DNA from: Adineta vaga
Lineage: Eukaryota; Animalia; Rotifera
DNA length: 64,000 nt
Direction: 5' to 3'
Assembly: GCA_021613535.1 (NCBI GenBank)
Contig: CP075492.1
Span: 6,386,001 to 6,450,000, forward strand
Shown here piece after piece: positions 38,035 to 51,012 of the stretch. The notes beneath the pieces are model-generated. The model ran no database searches and had not been told where the DNA came from. It saw only the letters and a program-made list of their open reading frames with translations. Position 1 is the stretch's first letter. Each line of letters begins with the position of its first letter. The translations under genes were made by a program, and so were the position numbers.

Positions 38035-38479
38035 GTGTGTTTGATATCTTGATCTTTCCACAAATTACTAAAGTCGAACTAATAGTATGACTACATTGAT
38101 AATTTTGATACATTTTTCTATTTCAAAGATGAAATAGAATATTTTATTTAACAATTAAATAATTATTACATTCAATTCAAAAGATATATATATATGTATA
38201 TAGAGGATGAGAGAAATAATGAGATAAATAAATACATTGAGAAGACAAAAGAAAAACCAACGAGAATTCATTCCACTGTTTTGATTTTGTGCACGAAAGG
38301 AAATGAGAAACAAATGCGGATCAATCAAAAAAAAAGTCAAACAAAAAAAGGCAATTCTCTTAAAATAAACATTGTGAAAAAGTTGCACAATATACAGTTA
38401 CATGTGCTTATCTAACCTAATTCATTTATATAAACGACGCACAAACAAAAAGAAGAAAAAAAAACGATAAAATATTTCC

Positions 38480-40637
38480 TCATTTTTTATTTGCACTTGA
38501 AAATATTGATTGAGTATTGGCATTGAATGAAGGAAAACCCGAATTGGTCGGACTTGTTGGGCTAGTTAATTGATTTAGTGGCAACGATGATTTTTGAAAA
38601 TTACCACGAGTATGTGGGATTAAATTGGTCAAAGAGATATCTAATTTACCTTGAGCAGACGACCAGGTATTCTAAGGAAAAACATTTGAAATCTTCGGAT
38701 CAACTTCAGCTGTATCATTAGACTTACATTAAACGAATTTGTATGTATTGATTGTTGTTGAAACATAGATGGACGTAAAGATGTTTGTTCTTGTTGATTC
38801 ATCGAGAATAGATTTGGTTGAGTTGATTGTGTCATAAAAAAGTTTAGATCATTGGAAGTAGTTGTATTCGTCGGTTGAAAAAGATTAGTTGATGTTTCAA
38901 ACGACGCAAATGGATCAAATGTATCTGATGATACTGTTGGAGTTGTTGTTGGCCACGGTGTGGGTTGAGCTCTAGGTAAATAAATAAATCAATTAGTTCT
39001 TAAAAAACAAGAAGATTTCGAATAAACAAACACATACGGAGCAGATGGAGATACTGCTTCTTGAAATTGACCGAATTCATCATCCAGGGGAGCTTGTACA
39101 TAAGGTGTAAAGTCGACATCATCACCCAATAAATCAACAACTGGTGCTGTTGGTTTGTTATCGATAGAAGACTAAAAATGAAAGAAAAAATTCATTTATA
39201 TAAACTGAATACAAAAGCGTTGAGTAAAATGCAAAGTTCTACATGAAAAGTTAATTAACGGTATATATATATATATATGTACCAGCTTGTGCAAACGAGT
39301 TTAACAATTTTTTGCTGTTAAATAGCTGTCTACATCTGATATTATCTTCGATAGATTGATTAAAGTGTACAATCTCTGATAGATATCGATTGATACTTCA
39401 ATCTCTATCGTTACGAAATAAACATCTGTATGCTCAAATAAAGAAACATCAAGTGTAGTTCAATTTCACTTGCGTAGGGTTGATGAACATTGAAGATTCT
39501 ATTGGCAAAGTTTATAACACTATGACTACTTATTAAAACATAATGTTTTCAAGATTTGCCTGATATAATCGCTGAATTGAATTACCTTTCTTTTATGTTG
39601 AATTTCTTGTTTTTTCCATGTTTTTGATTTTTGATTTTCCTCATCACTAAAAAATTTAAATTATTCGAACCAAATATCAAAGTAAATTTGCTCAGATATG
39701 AATGAATGGATGAGAAATGCAATCATCAAATTGACATCAGATGACGCGCATGAAACTAATCATCATAGCAAATTTCTTTTTCTACCTTATATCTGCTGAA
39801 TAATCGTGTGATTTAGAACTTTGTTCTAGTTTTGATTTTCGACGTTCGGTAGAATCATTATCTTTCCATTTATCATCTGAATAGAATTTTAGAAGAAAAT
39901 TAATACAATGAAAATAAATAACATACTGTAATGATAAGATGAAGATTCATTGCTCATACCAATATATTTGTCTCGATTTGCTTTGGCTCGTTTACGTTCT
40001 TCTCGAATACGATCATCATCTTGAATGAATTCAATTAAATCTTTTACTTTATGTCGAACTAAAACAAAGAGTTATATATGCTTAAGAAATCGAATCGATA
40101 ATATCGTACCATTAATTCCTTGATCTTTGCCATTTTCATCATGATAAGCAAAATTTTCTAAACTTTTCAAATCATAAAGATGTTCTCGTGTTGATGTAAT
40201 CACTTTATCACTGCCATTTTTGATTAAATACGTTAAAACAAGAAGTGACTAGAAAGAAAATTTCTTCTTATTAACGTTTATTACACTGCAATTGTAAACC
40301 TACTTTATATGTTCGTCTCCAATTCTTTTTATCTTGACTAAAACATCGTTTCCACAACATTCCCATTAACTAAAATATTCATATCTAGAAATTTTCATAC
40401 AATTTTTTCCGATCAAATAATTACTTCATTATAATTTTCTTGTGAATAAGTTAATTGTGAAATATCTTGTAATAATGTACCAGATGGGCCCCAAGCTTCA
40501 TCATTCGTTGCTTCAACAACTTTTGTTTCAGTTTCTGTATAATTCATTACCATATTTGTTGCTTTATCAAATAATTCTCGGACAACATAGGGCATAGCTG
40601 GTAAATAACTACCAAGATTAAGTTTACTTAAATCCAT
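38480..40637 (-). CDS. CLINT1: Clathrin interactor 1 / epsinR (ENTH domain), multi-exon
   Basis: VRELFDKATNMVMNYTETETKVVEATNDEAWGP, WRRTYK|SLLVLTYLIKNGS, DQGIN|VRHK, IREERKRAKANRDKYIG; DLL motif and DDEFGQF AP-1 gamma-ear motif. Confidence 0.92.
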
Positions 40638-41331
40638 ATTGCGTCGATTTCAACTTCCACCCTACTGTATGGATTAATATCGACCTGAATGAATGAAAAT
40701 AATAACAAAACCAGACATACCAACCACCATTGGAATGGATATGTTCGACTATGTTTATAGGACTTCATGAAATATTTCATTGATTTTCGATCGCAACTAC
40801 AGATTTTCAATGGAAAAAGTTTGATAATTTTATATTTGAAATAAATTCTTTTCGATAAAATTAAAATCTCAGGATAGATGTCGCTCATTGATTATCCAGA
40901 CTGGTTTATACTACTACCAATAAATAAAAATTTTGTTAATAAATTTGATTATTTTCTTTATATTTCGTGATGAATTTTGACCTACAAGTAACTAATGATG
41001 AAAATGTGTGCAAAATAATTTCCTTCATTTGAATTGTAAAGAGTATATTGAAAAGTTTTGATCGTCGTTATGGTATTGCATATCGTCGTTTAAGAAAAGG
41101 TAAGTGAGTCAAAGATATATTTATTGATTACTTCTAATTGATACCTTAAAATTTAGGTTCTAAATAGATTGATCTGATAAACAACATGTGTTGTGATGGC
41201 ACATTCAATGACCGATTTCATATTAAAAAAATTATCATATTTTACACAACAAATAAAAGATCGATTGGGAATATATAAGTTAGTTAAATGACATCATAGA
41301 GACAGAAATATTTGAATATTTAACATTATGA

Positions 41332-43637
41332 ATGTTTGTTTTCTTCGTAAGATCTCGACGAGCATTTTTCCTATTCATTCTCGCAGCAACACTTGTACTA
41401 TATCTCCTGTCAAAATGGACACCGCGCCGATCAAATTATAAGAATAGTAAAGTTTTTGATAGTAATAGATTTACTATATATTGTTTTCTTTTTAACATTC
41501 ACAGTTTTATATGATGCATGTATTCAAGCAAGATTGGAAGATTTTGCTAGTGATGCAGCGAATATGAATGCTATCTTTAATCATGAACCAATTCATTATG
41601 GAGAACTTGCTAGTTTACCTTTCACAGGTTAGTTCGTTTTAACTTTGTTTAAGATATTATCACTTGATTTTTATATATTCATGCCTTCTATCATGTAGGC
41701 AATGGATATCTTGGTATCTCTCTCTCAGCTCAATCCCATCTCCAACTAATATCTGATACGAATGCTCCATTTATCTCTACTGGTTATTCTCCGATTATTC
41801 AAATTTCTTCAAATATCTGGGAAGGTTCAAGTGCAACTATTCTTCACATGAATCATGGTCTTGTTAGACGTGTTCAGTGCTTTAAAATTAGCGAAACACG
41901 TTCCGCTTATGTTACACATCTATTGTATGCACATCGTCGTCGTCCATCGTTAATTATTCAAGAAATTTCTATTGTAAATCCAAGTGAACAAACGTTAGAT
42001 TTAGATATTCGACTACCAAAACAAATTCTAAATAATGATTTTAAACAACTTGAAAAAGAAGATTATGAAATTGATTCTTCAAATGAAAAATTCACTATAA
42101 CTACCAATCAAATATCTCTACGGAAACATAATTCTATTCTTTTTGTAATCATAACAAGTAAAATTTCTTTTAACAGTCATGTTAAACCTGATAGGTATAT
42201 TCAATTTGGTTTCAATCTTTATTTTAATATATTCTATTGATTTCTTTAGTCAAGATAAACATGTGATCTTAACTGTGTCAAAGTTTTCTCCACCTCTTCA
42301 TGATGATAATTTACGCAACGCAACTTATTTAAAACAATGGCAAAATACCTTACAGAAACAAGCGAAAGATGAACTTACCGAAGTTTTAGGAATAAAACCT
42401 AAAAATCTGTTAAAAGAACATACTGATACTTGGTCATCTATATGGGAAAGTGGATTTTCTATTAGTCATTCATTAGCTCCATCAGTGATGAATGGTGATG
42501 CTATTAATCGAACGATTTATTATGTTTTATCTGCAACACGATCGCCACTTTATAATTCAAAATTAGATGAAACAAAAAGACTTGAATACAATCAAAGTCT
42601 ATTTCAAATCGATCAATGTTATGAAAGTCATTCAACATTGTAAGTTAAACGAGAGTAGATTCTATTGTCTGTATTTCTTCACTTTCCCTAATTGTCGTCT
42701 ATATGGTGTTTGTTTTTACATATATTGAATATCTAATAACGAGTTTATACAATCATCATTTTCTTATCGTAGAGTTGGTGATCGTTTATGGCGTGCACCA
42801 GGTGATGATCTAGCTGTTTCTCAATTGTCAATTCTATGGCATTCAACCTTATCGAAAAAAGGTTGCTTTACTTTGATGAAAAGTGGTATGTTACTTTCTA
42901 TGATTGTTTTCGAAATATTATCAGTATTTTTCTTTCTAAAGGTGTTAATGGCATGCTTCAATCAATGTTACTTTCTATTGGTGGTATACGTTTTCGTAAT
43001 CATCATTTGGAAATGAATCTTGATCCTAAAGAACTTCATCGTGATATGTTTTTTCGTTTAATTCATTTTGGTAAAGAATATTATATCAATATAAGTATTA
43101 CTGTTGGACAAGATAATCGTGCTGTTATTGATGTTTCTATTAATAATGATAATACTCAAACATATGCATGTGATGCTGGCTGTTTAGATTCATATACAAA
43201 ACTAAGGTTTGTTTATTTTGAAATAAAATTTTAATAAAAATCATCTTCTGTCGGATTTATCCAGTACTAAACCTGTTCGATTTCCTGTAAAAATGACGAA
43301 TCCATCCACTGCAATTCTTTACATAACGGAAGATTTAGAATATATGAAACAATTAAAAGAAACACTCCATGTTAAAGAAGTAGAAATAGGTAATTGAATA
43401 TTTATCATAAATCCTTTTCGAATTTCTTTTATTTTCTCTTTAGCTCCACCTCATGCTCATGATATTCTTGCTTTACATCGTCATGGTCATAAACTCGGCG
43501 GTTTACCAGTCATTTTCTGGATTGCATTAGCATTTCTAATTGTTATCTTTCATTTGTTTCTATTGAAAATTGTTCTTAATGAAATGGGATTCTTCAAACA
43601 TACAACAATAATACATCCAAGACCGAGAATTTTATAA
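41332..43637 (+). CDS. KIAA2013: KIAA2013/DUF2152 family membrane protein, multi-exon
   Basis: LPFTG|[71 protein letters not shown]. Confidence 0.88.
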
Positions 43638-44042
43638 ACTTTGAACACTCGCTCCGCTATTCTTTGTTTCTTTGTTTTTTTCGTTATAAAACATTCACAT
43701 TTTGTAATAAAATCGATGAATCTATCGGAAACTATTGCACATATTTGATTCGTATGTTCTTTAAAATTTTAATTTATTCTCCAATCTACATATTAGTTTG
43801 GAAAGTTCATGCAACCTAGAGATCCAGCCCATTTGTACATCCTCGATTTCAGTCTAAAATCGCTTCATTTTTCTTTCGAATTGGAATAGACCATTGTATG
43901 AAATATAATATGTAAAGAATAAAACAATTTTCAATGACTCCTCAATCCATTTGACAATGTAAGAACATAACAAAAGTGTTTTTTCGTGACAATAAAACAT
44001 AAGTGCTTTCAATAGTTGAAGTGTAAAACATAGAGGTGTAAC

Positions 44043-46301
44043 ATGTCAATTAACATGTTTTCAACGGTAAAATCAATGCAACCAACATCATATAAACAAA
44101 TTTATAAATATATTGAACAAGTCTGCAATGAATGTTCAATATTTATCGATACAATTGAAATTGACTATTATCAAGGTTCATCATCAACTATGATAGTAAC
44201 ATCGCCAGATCAGAGAACACATCGGCCATTATCAGTTATTATAATTCAAACATGGTCACAACAATTAAAGCAATTACAGAAAGTTTGTTATTCAAAAGAT
44301 ATTCAGAACAGTACAACAGCACGAGAGTTAATAAAAGAAGCAACATTAGGTTCATCTGTTCGATTTATTAATAATGAAAGTATTATTTTAATGCAAAGAA
44401 TTGATAGTAAAATACGAGAACAACTTCAATTCAAAATTCCAATATTAGTGGAACAGATTTCTAATTGTTTGAAGATAATGAAACAATATTGTCTATCGTT
44501 TTATACTATTGAAAATGTTCGACGTATTATTCAAAAGAAACAAGAAGAGAAATTACATGTGAGTAAAACATTCGATCGATTATTCTCTATGTTTGTAGAA
44601 AAACAGATTGACTGTTCACTAATCTAAAACTATACTCAGTGATATATACGATCGTTTCTTTTCAATTTTATTTATTGCTTAGAATACTTCTCATTTTCGA
44701 AGGATGAAGATCTGGAAACACCGTATACATATGAAAAATCTCGTTGGTTACATATATTTCAAATAAATCAATCATTAAAAATTCTCCGTGAAATGTCGCA
44801 ACGTATTCAACACACGGAAGGTGTTAAATTAGCTTCCTTATCAAAAGAATGTCAAGATTTAGCATATCGTTGTAATTGTACAACATTTCCTTATATTTTT
44901 GTTCTATCAGAATGTTATTATCAAGCACGACAAGCTTTAAATTCACTTCGGACATGGTTACGTGACGATATGTTGTACACACAATTTGTTGAAAAGTAAT
45001 TTTTTGTAAATATTTTCGAAGCAAAGTCTCCAAGTTTTGTTTAGATCTTTGAAGCTGTTAGATAAGAAATATCTTGAAGTAAAACAAGTATTAGAAAGAA
45101 GTAAAACACACCTCAGTCAAATTCAATCTCAGGTATCAAATTTTGAATTGAATTCTATTGAATAATTATCTTCTTTCAAGGCTAAATCTCAACATATTCG
45201 ATTGACTAAACTTGAACAAGAAAATCAATTGAATAAGAACAAACAAACTCAATCTGAAGGCGATTTTAACTCGAAACAGCATGATTATTCTTCTAAATGT
45301 ATTACACATCAAATATATTCCATTCGTCTTCATAAATTACTCAATCAATCTACAAATACTAATGATAATAATCTAATGATTGAAAAATTTCAAACAGATA
45401 TTCAAGATTTAGCAAATGAATTACCAAACTTGAAGTCAAAAGTGAATGTTCTTCGAACACGAATGTACTCTTTCCAGGAACACGAACGAAAACTCATCGA
45501 GATGCGTGATATCAATGAAAAAAGAAATCAAGAAATACTATTGGCTTTGCAGAATAGATTAGAAAATGAACAAAAGTTGAATCGAGTTGTACATTGTCGC
45601 AATATCATACGAAATATTTATCAATGTCGAAAGAAAACTGATTTAGTACAACGAATTTTTTATGATTTACCAATAATTAACCATAGTCATGTAAAAAATG
45701 AAGACGGTAAGACTTTGCATAAGTAACTCTTTAAAATGTTTTCATGATAATTAGTCAAAGACTACAGTATTTCCTAAAAATCAATTTTCGGATACTGATT
45801 TTTCGTTTCAGACGATCTTTCCAAAGCATGTTCTACCATATCAAAATTGATCGGTCATGATTGGAATCGATTCTATTGGCAATTACCATTTTATCCTAGA
45901 CGTGGTCAAGAAGAATTATTTGAAGATCTAAAACGTATTGATAGAAAATATCAACGTGGAAACATTTTTCAAGTAATGAGAACTATGTGCTTATATTAGT
46001 TTATTGTTAATATTTCGTCTAGGATCAAGCAATGGAAGCATTAAATAAATGGCGAAGATTTCATACTAGAGCCAGAGTTGATGATCTGATTCATGGACTT
46101 CGACAAATTCATCGTGTTGATATTGTACAATCAATCGAACAAAGTATCAGCAAACCGAAATGTTTATTAGATGATGACGATGATGATGATGATGATGAAA
46201 TTGATTTACAGAAAAAAGAAATCGAAGATTTAAATCAAAAACTCATTCGATTATTCGAAAAATTAAGAAATAATACTACCACTATTACAGAAGAGTCATA
46301 G
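44043..46301 (+). CDS. Coiled-coil protein with C-terminal Death domain, multi-exon
   Basis: Long heptad-rich exons, then IGHDWNRFYWQL...QAMEALNKWRR..ARVDDLIHGLRQIHRVDIVQSIE (Death-domain pattern). Confidence 0.7.
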
Positions 46302-46856
46302 ATATATCTAACTTCGTATTCTATATTAACAAATGTAGTATGTGTATTGTATCAAACTTTAAGTCTACACAAGGATTGAAATCAGACATCATTCGGTAAC
46401 ATAATATGGATATTTCAAAAAAAGTAGACACACTCAATGCCTGATTACGATATCTATTCATCCATTATAAAATTATGTCTGATCGATCTTATTTTTGATA
46501 ATAAAAAAATTAATTTCTTGTACTGAAAAATTTGAAATCATGTACTCAAGGTAGATTTATTTTTTCGAATGCTATTCTTTCTCACGTGAATAAATATGGA
46601 TGAATAGAATGATTATACTTCATTATTTTTTTGCAATACTAAAGGTAAACATAAAAGTATTTACTTTCTTACAATGCTTTTCATGTTTTTGCCAGCATCG
46701 ATAATCACATGGCGTTTTCAATTAATCTTCTGTTGAAAGCAAAATACACAATAAAAAGAAAAAAAGAACGACTGTATCTGTACGTCTTTTTGTTCTGTTC
46801 CTTTCAGAGCTTAATTTTCTTGCTTTCTCTTGTCTTTTTTGAAAACTTTCATTCAA

Positions 46857-48014
46857 ATGTTGTCGTGCTCGAATAACACCAATGTCTCATGTCTTAACGA
46901 AGGCGAATGTATTTCAGACTCTTGCATTTGTTCAAGTCTATGTTTTGTCGGCAATCGTTGTGAAATATATTTCAATGCAATTGATCTTCCATTTTCTTCT
47001 GCTATGTTAGAAGATACATCTTCAGCACAAATTGTTTATAGTGCACTATTGACACTTTTAGTCATAATTGGATTAATAAATAACAGTATTGGTTTAGTCA
47101 TATGTACACGTGAAAGTATTCGAATTACAGCTTGCGGAGTGTATTTAATTATACTCTTGACATCTGGTTTTATACGAACAATTTTTCTTCAAACAACAGT
47201 TTTAACTATTTTGGGATATGAGAGTCCATCATTACGTTTATGGTCGTGTTATGCAAATCCTTATATGTCATTAGCATTGGGTTTTACCGGTATATGGTTA
47301 AGTGTTGGTATTGCTATTGAACGAGTTCTCATCGAATGTTTTGATATGAATTTATATGAAACACGTCGACATGCAATGTTAGCTTCTCTTGGATGTTTCA
47401 TTTATTCTTGTGTAACAAATCTACCCGCCATTTTTGCTCGTGAATTTGTTCTTAGTCCATCGGGAAAATCTCTCTGTATGTATGATTATATTTCACATCC
47501 AACGTGGAATTTAGTAGATAGAGTTTTCTCTTATATTCATGCCATTGTTCCATGTACAGCTCATTTAGTTTGTACGGTGTGTATTCTAACGACTATAGCT
47601 CGACGAAAAATATTTATTCATAAAAATACTCAACCGAAACAACGTCTCTGTCATGTATGGTTTCGTCAACTATATTTCCATCGTGATTTTTTAGTTCCAC
47701 CATTATTTCTTATTACTTGTCTTCTACCAAATGCAATTCATGGTCATCTAGTAGTTAAATGTGTATCACATTCCGATTTAGATCATCTTCGTCTACATAT
47801 ATTATTTATCTTCTTACTTCATGTTCCATCTGTATTTGTTTATTTTCTATATATCTATCCAAATGAATCTTATAGAAAAGAATTTCGACAAACATGGCTT
47901 TATAGAAGATTCTGTTGCAGTTTCTATCGAAAGAATAAAAAGAAATCACAACAAAGATATCAAGTACCAATCAAATCAACAATGTCAGAACTTGCAGTAA
48001 AATCTAGTTTTTGA
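46857..48014 (+). CDS. Orphan class A GPCR with N-terminal EGF-like domain, intronless
   Basis: CLNEGECISDSCICSSLCFVGNRCE (EGF-like), then 7 TM segments with IAIER. Confidence 0.82.
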   Translation: MLSCSNNTNVSCLNEGECISDSCICSSLCFVGNRCEIYFNAIDLPFSSAMLEDTSSAQIVYSALLTLLVIIGLINNSIGLVICTRESIRITACGVYLIILLTSGFIRTIFLQTTVLTILGYESPSLRLWSCYANPYMSLALGFTGIWLSVGIAIERVLIECFDMNLYETRRHAMLASLGCFIYSCVTNLPAIFAREFVLSPSGKSLCMYDYISHPTWNLVDRVFSYIHAIVPCTAHLVCTVCILTTIARRKIFIHKNTQPKQRLCHVWFRQLYFHRDFLVPPLFLITCLLPNAIHGHLVVKCVSHSDLDHLRLHILFIFLLHVPSVFVYFLYIYPNESYRKEFRQTWLYRRFCCSFYRKNKKKSQQRYQVPIKSTMSELAVKSSF

Positions 48015-48516
48015 TAATCGTTTTAATCAAATAGTCTGAATATATTTTCTGTACTTAGACTAATTCATTCTCTCAGATTAGAAGCTTCTTTTCAATAAGT
48101 ATATGTACGTTCTTTCCAAGAAAGTTTCGTATCAATGACAAATAGATATCATTGTAGAAAAAGAAAACTTCCATGCAATTACTTCCTGATCGAAATGTAA
48201 GCATCAATGGATACTATGACGCAGTTTTTTCTCTCGTCCCCCTCCCCTCCTCCTCCTTCTCTCTCCCGCACTTTTTCATTTAAGAACAAATCAGTACGCC
48301 TTTTTCTCTCTTGTTATTTCTGAATACGATACTATTGCCATGCTGTGTTTGCTTTCTATTACATTAAATAAAGTTTGAAATTCATCGTCAAACAACAAAC
48401 ATTAATGTTGTTGATACACTTTCTTTTCAAAGAAACAAAAAATCAGTCCGATTAAAAACGAATTCGAAAGAAAGAAAAAGATTATTCATTTTTCTTTTGC
48501 ACAAACAAACTAAACG

Positions 48517-50127
48517 ATGACAAAAAGAGTAAGAAAAGATCGATTAAGTAAATGGGATGATGGAGAGAATGTTTTAAATGATGATCAAGATGATTATATA
48601 TCAGAACGATCTTCACTTCTCTCTGTTGAAGGACATTTTCGTGATCCAGATGGAGCAACTGCTAATCAAAAACAACAACAACAACAACAACCACAGAATC
48701 AAAAGAATCAACAAGACTATCAACAACAATCACAATATCAAGATCCATATCTCAATGGAGAAGGACCACATACACTTCGGTATTTTTATAATGAATTACC
48801 TACAACAGGTATACCAGCGGCGGCTGTTGTTAAAGAAAATAAAAAAGAAGAAAAAAGGAGATTAAAAGAAGAACTGAAAGCAAGACGGGGCCAAGGACAA
48901 CTTGTCCAAGGACCTGTTACTCAACCAAAAAATGAACAAAGTGATAATTATTATCCTTATTGGTATTATTATAAAGCAAAAAATCCCGATTGGATTATGC
49001 GTCAACAACAATATGCTGATGCACCATTTATGCCTGCTCCTGAACCAACAACTAAAATTGATCTTACAGAACCTGAAAACTTACCGGTTGAACCTAAACT
49101 AACACTTGCACAAAGAAAAGCACGTCGATTGATATATGGGGATCGTGACACACCTGACATGAAATATAATCGTCAACGACGACGTTATGAAATGGTTGGT
49201 AAAGATGGAGCAACAACTGGAAATGAGGGTCAACAAGACCCAACATCAAAACAATATGTACCATTAAAAGATGGAGATGGAAATGATGGAAATGACGAAA
49301 ATGATCCACGTTATCGAAAAAATGGTCGATACTCACGAACAGATCCACGTGGAAAACTTCAAACTGACTATGATTGGGCAGAACATTATACACAATATAT
49401 GAGAAATAAATCTTCTCTTGGAAATCATAATCCAAATTATAAACCAAATGTCCGATCGAAAAATCATAGAAGTAGAAAAGATTATGATCCACTTCGTGAT
49501 TTATATGGAGATGATGATGATGATGAAAATGGACCCAATGGAAATCGAAGAAATAGTCATTATTATTCTTCTCGTGATAGAAATTATAATCGTAATAATC
49601 GTAATAATCGTTATACAACTAGATCTCAACAAGATTATACAACTTCATCTACTCGTTATGGTCGACAACAAGGATATAATCAATCACAAACACATTCAAA
49701 TCAAAATTATTCAGCACCACAACGTGATCAAAATGGACAACATCGTCATGGTCATACTCACAATCATGGTCGTAATCAACATGATCAAACAGATCATCAT
49801 AATATATCGTCAAAAGATCTTGATGGTAGTGGTTTTAAAGTTGTTGATGCTTCATTTCGAACTGGTAATGGAAGAAATCCTATGAAAGGTTCATTAAATC
49901 GATATGATCGTGCTCCACCATCAATTTACAATCAAGGTTCCTATCTTCCACCGATTACACGTGATTATCATGATCGACCACATCCATCAGATTATTATGG
50001 TACACAAGCATTGACAAATGATTGGAAAACATTATCATATGAACCTCGAATGTATAAAACAAATGCTCAAACAAAATTCTATGATCGTTATTTGAATAAC
50101 GTAATAGATAAACGTCTATTTGCATGA
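48517..50127 (+). CDS. Uncharacterised hydrophilic, low-complexity protein (536 aa, intronless)
   Basis: Long uninterrupted ORF in AT-rich DNA, rich in Q/N/D/R/Y/H; no recognisable domain. Confidence 0.75.
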   Translation: MTKRVRKDRLSKWDDGENVLNDDQDDYISERSSLLSVEGHFRDPDGATANQKQQQQQQPQNQKNQQDYQQQSQYQDPYLNGEGPHTLRYFYNELPTTGIPAAAVVKENKKEEKRRLKEELKARRGQGQLVQGPVTQPKNEQSDNYYPYWYYYKAKNPDWIMRQQQYADAPFMPAPEPTTKIDLTEPENLPVEPKLTLAQRKARRLIYGDRDTPDMKYNRQRRRYEMVGKDGATTGNEGQQDPTSKQYVPLKDGDGNDGNDENDPRYRKNGRYSRTDPRGKLQTDYDWAEHYTQYMRNKSSLGNHNPNYKPNVRSKNHRSRKDYDPLRDLYGDDDDDENGPNGNRRNSHYYSSRDRNYNRNNRNNRYTTRSQQDYTTSSTRYGRQQGYNQSQTHSNQNYSAPQRDQNGQHRHGHTHNHGRNQHDQTDHHNISSKDLDGSGFKVVDASFRTGNGRNPMKGSLNRYDRAPPSIYNQGSYLPPITRDYHDRPHPSDYYGTQALTNDWKTLSYEPRMYKTNAQTKFYDRYLNNVIDKRLFA

Positions 50128-51012
50128 AAATATTCTTTGTACAATTTTTTATATATTTGTCTTCTTTCTTTTGAAAAAAAAAACAAAACTACTAACAATG
50201 TAGTTACCATTTTAAACTGAATTTAGTAACGTTAAAAGCATGCAATTCACTTCAGATTGTTCTACAAGCATTTCATTTTATTCATACGATTAGAGACATA
50301 TAAAGAATAGGAAAGAAAAAGTAACTCACATGAACTCGTGAGGATTGATGATGTTATTAGTTTTCTTCGTAGGTGACTCTCTTACAATCCTGCGGTTTGA
50401 ATAAGTTTTCGTCCTATTCGATTTATATCATATGCACTCAACTTCTAACCTCATTTATTTGTTTTAATGATGTAGTGATAAGGTTAAAACATTTGTTATA
50501 CCTTCTATCTCATCCTCATAATATTTCGTTTAGTGATGCGTGATGTTCTAATTACTTCGATCAAAAGTATCGTCTTCATATCAAAGCAATGATTACTATG
50601 TCATATAGATTATACAAAAATTCAATGATAATGACGATTATTTATAGTATCGACCAGTATACAATCATACGCATCAATATAAAAAAAACTCAGTGAACTA
50701 AGGCAGTCGATCGAGATTGTAATAAATCTTTCGAAAATTATATCAAGTAACATTCATCAAGTAGAATAGAAGTGATTATGCGCGCCCTCTATCATTTCGT
50801 CATTCAATTAGCTCCAAACAAACTGATTATGCCTACTACTTATATACATTCATCCAGCAACTAATAGATGAGAGAAAAAAAAAACAAATCAAATATTTAT
50901 ACAAATGTCCAAGTTATAATTACCAAATTACCTTCTAGAGTGTTGTTCATTCATTGAAAATATTGAAATTAAAAACTTACTTTTAGATTTGTGTACAAAA
51001 CATACTTCTTAA

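Noticed and set aside
40650-41160. Exon-like fragments with a strong donor (aaaag|gtaagt ~41100) between CLINT1 and KIAA2013
   Set aside because: The frames I read are interrupted by stops. It may be a UTR intron or gene relic, but no identity can be supported.
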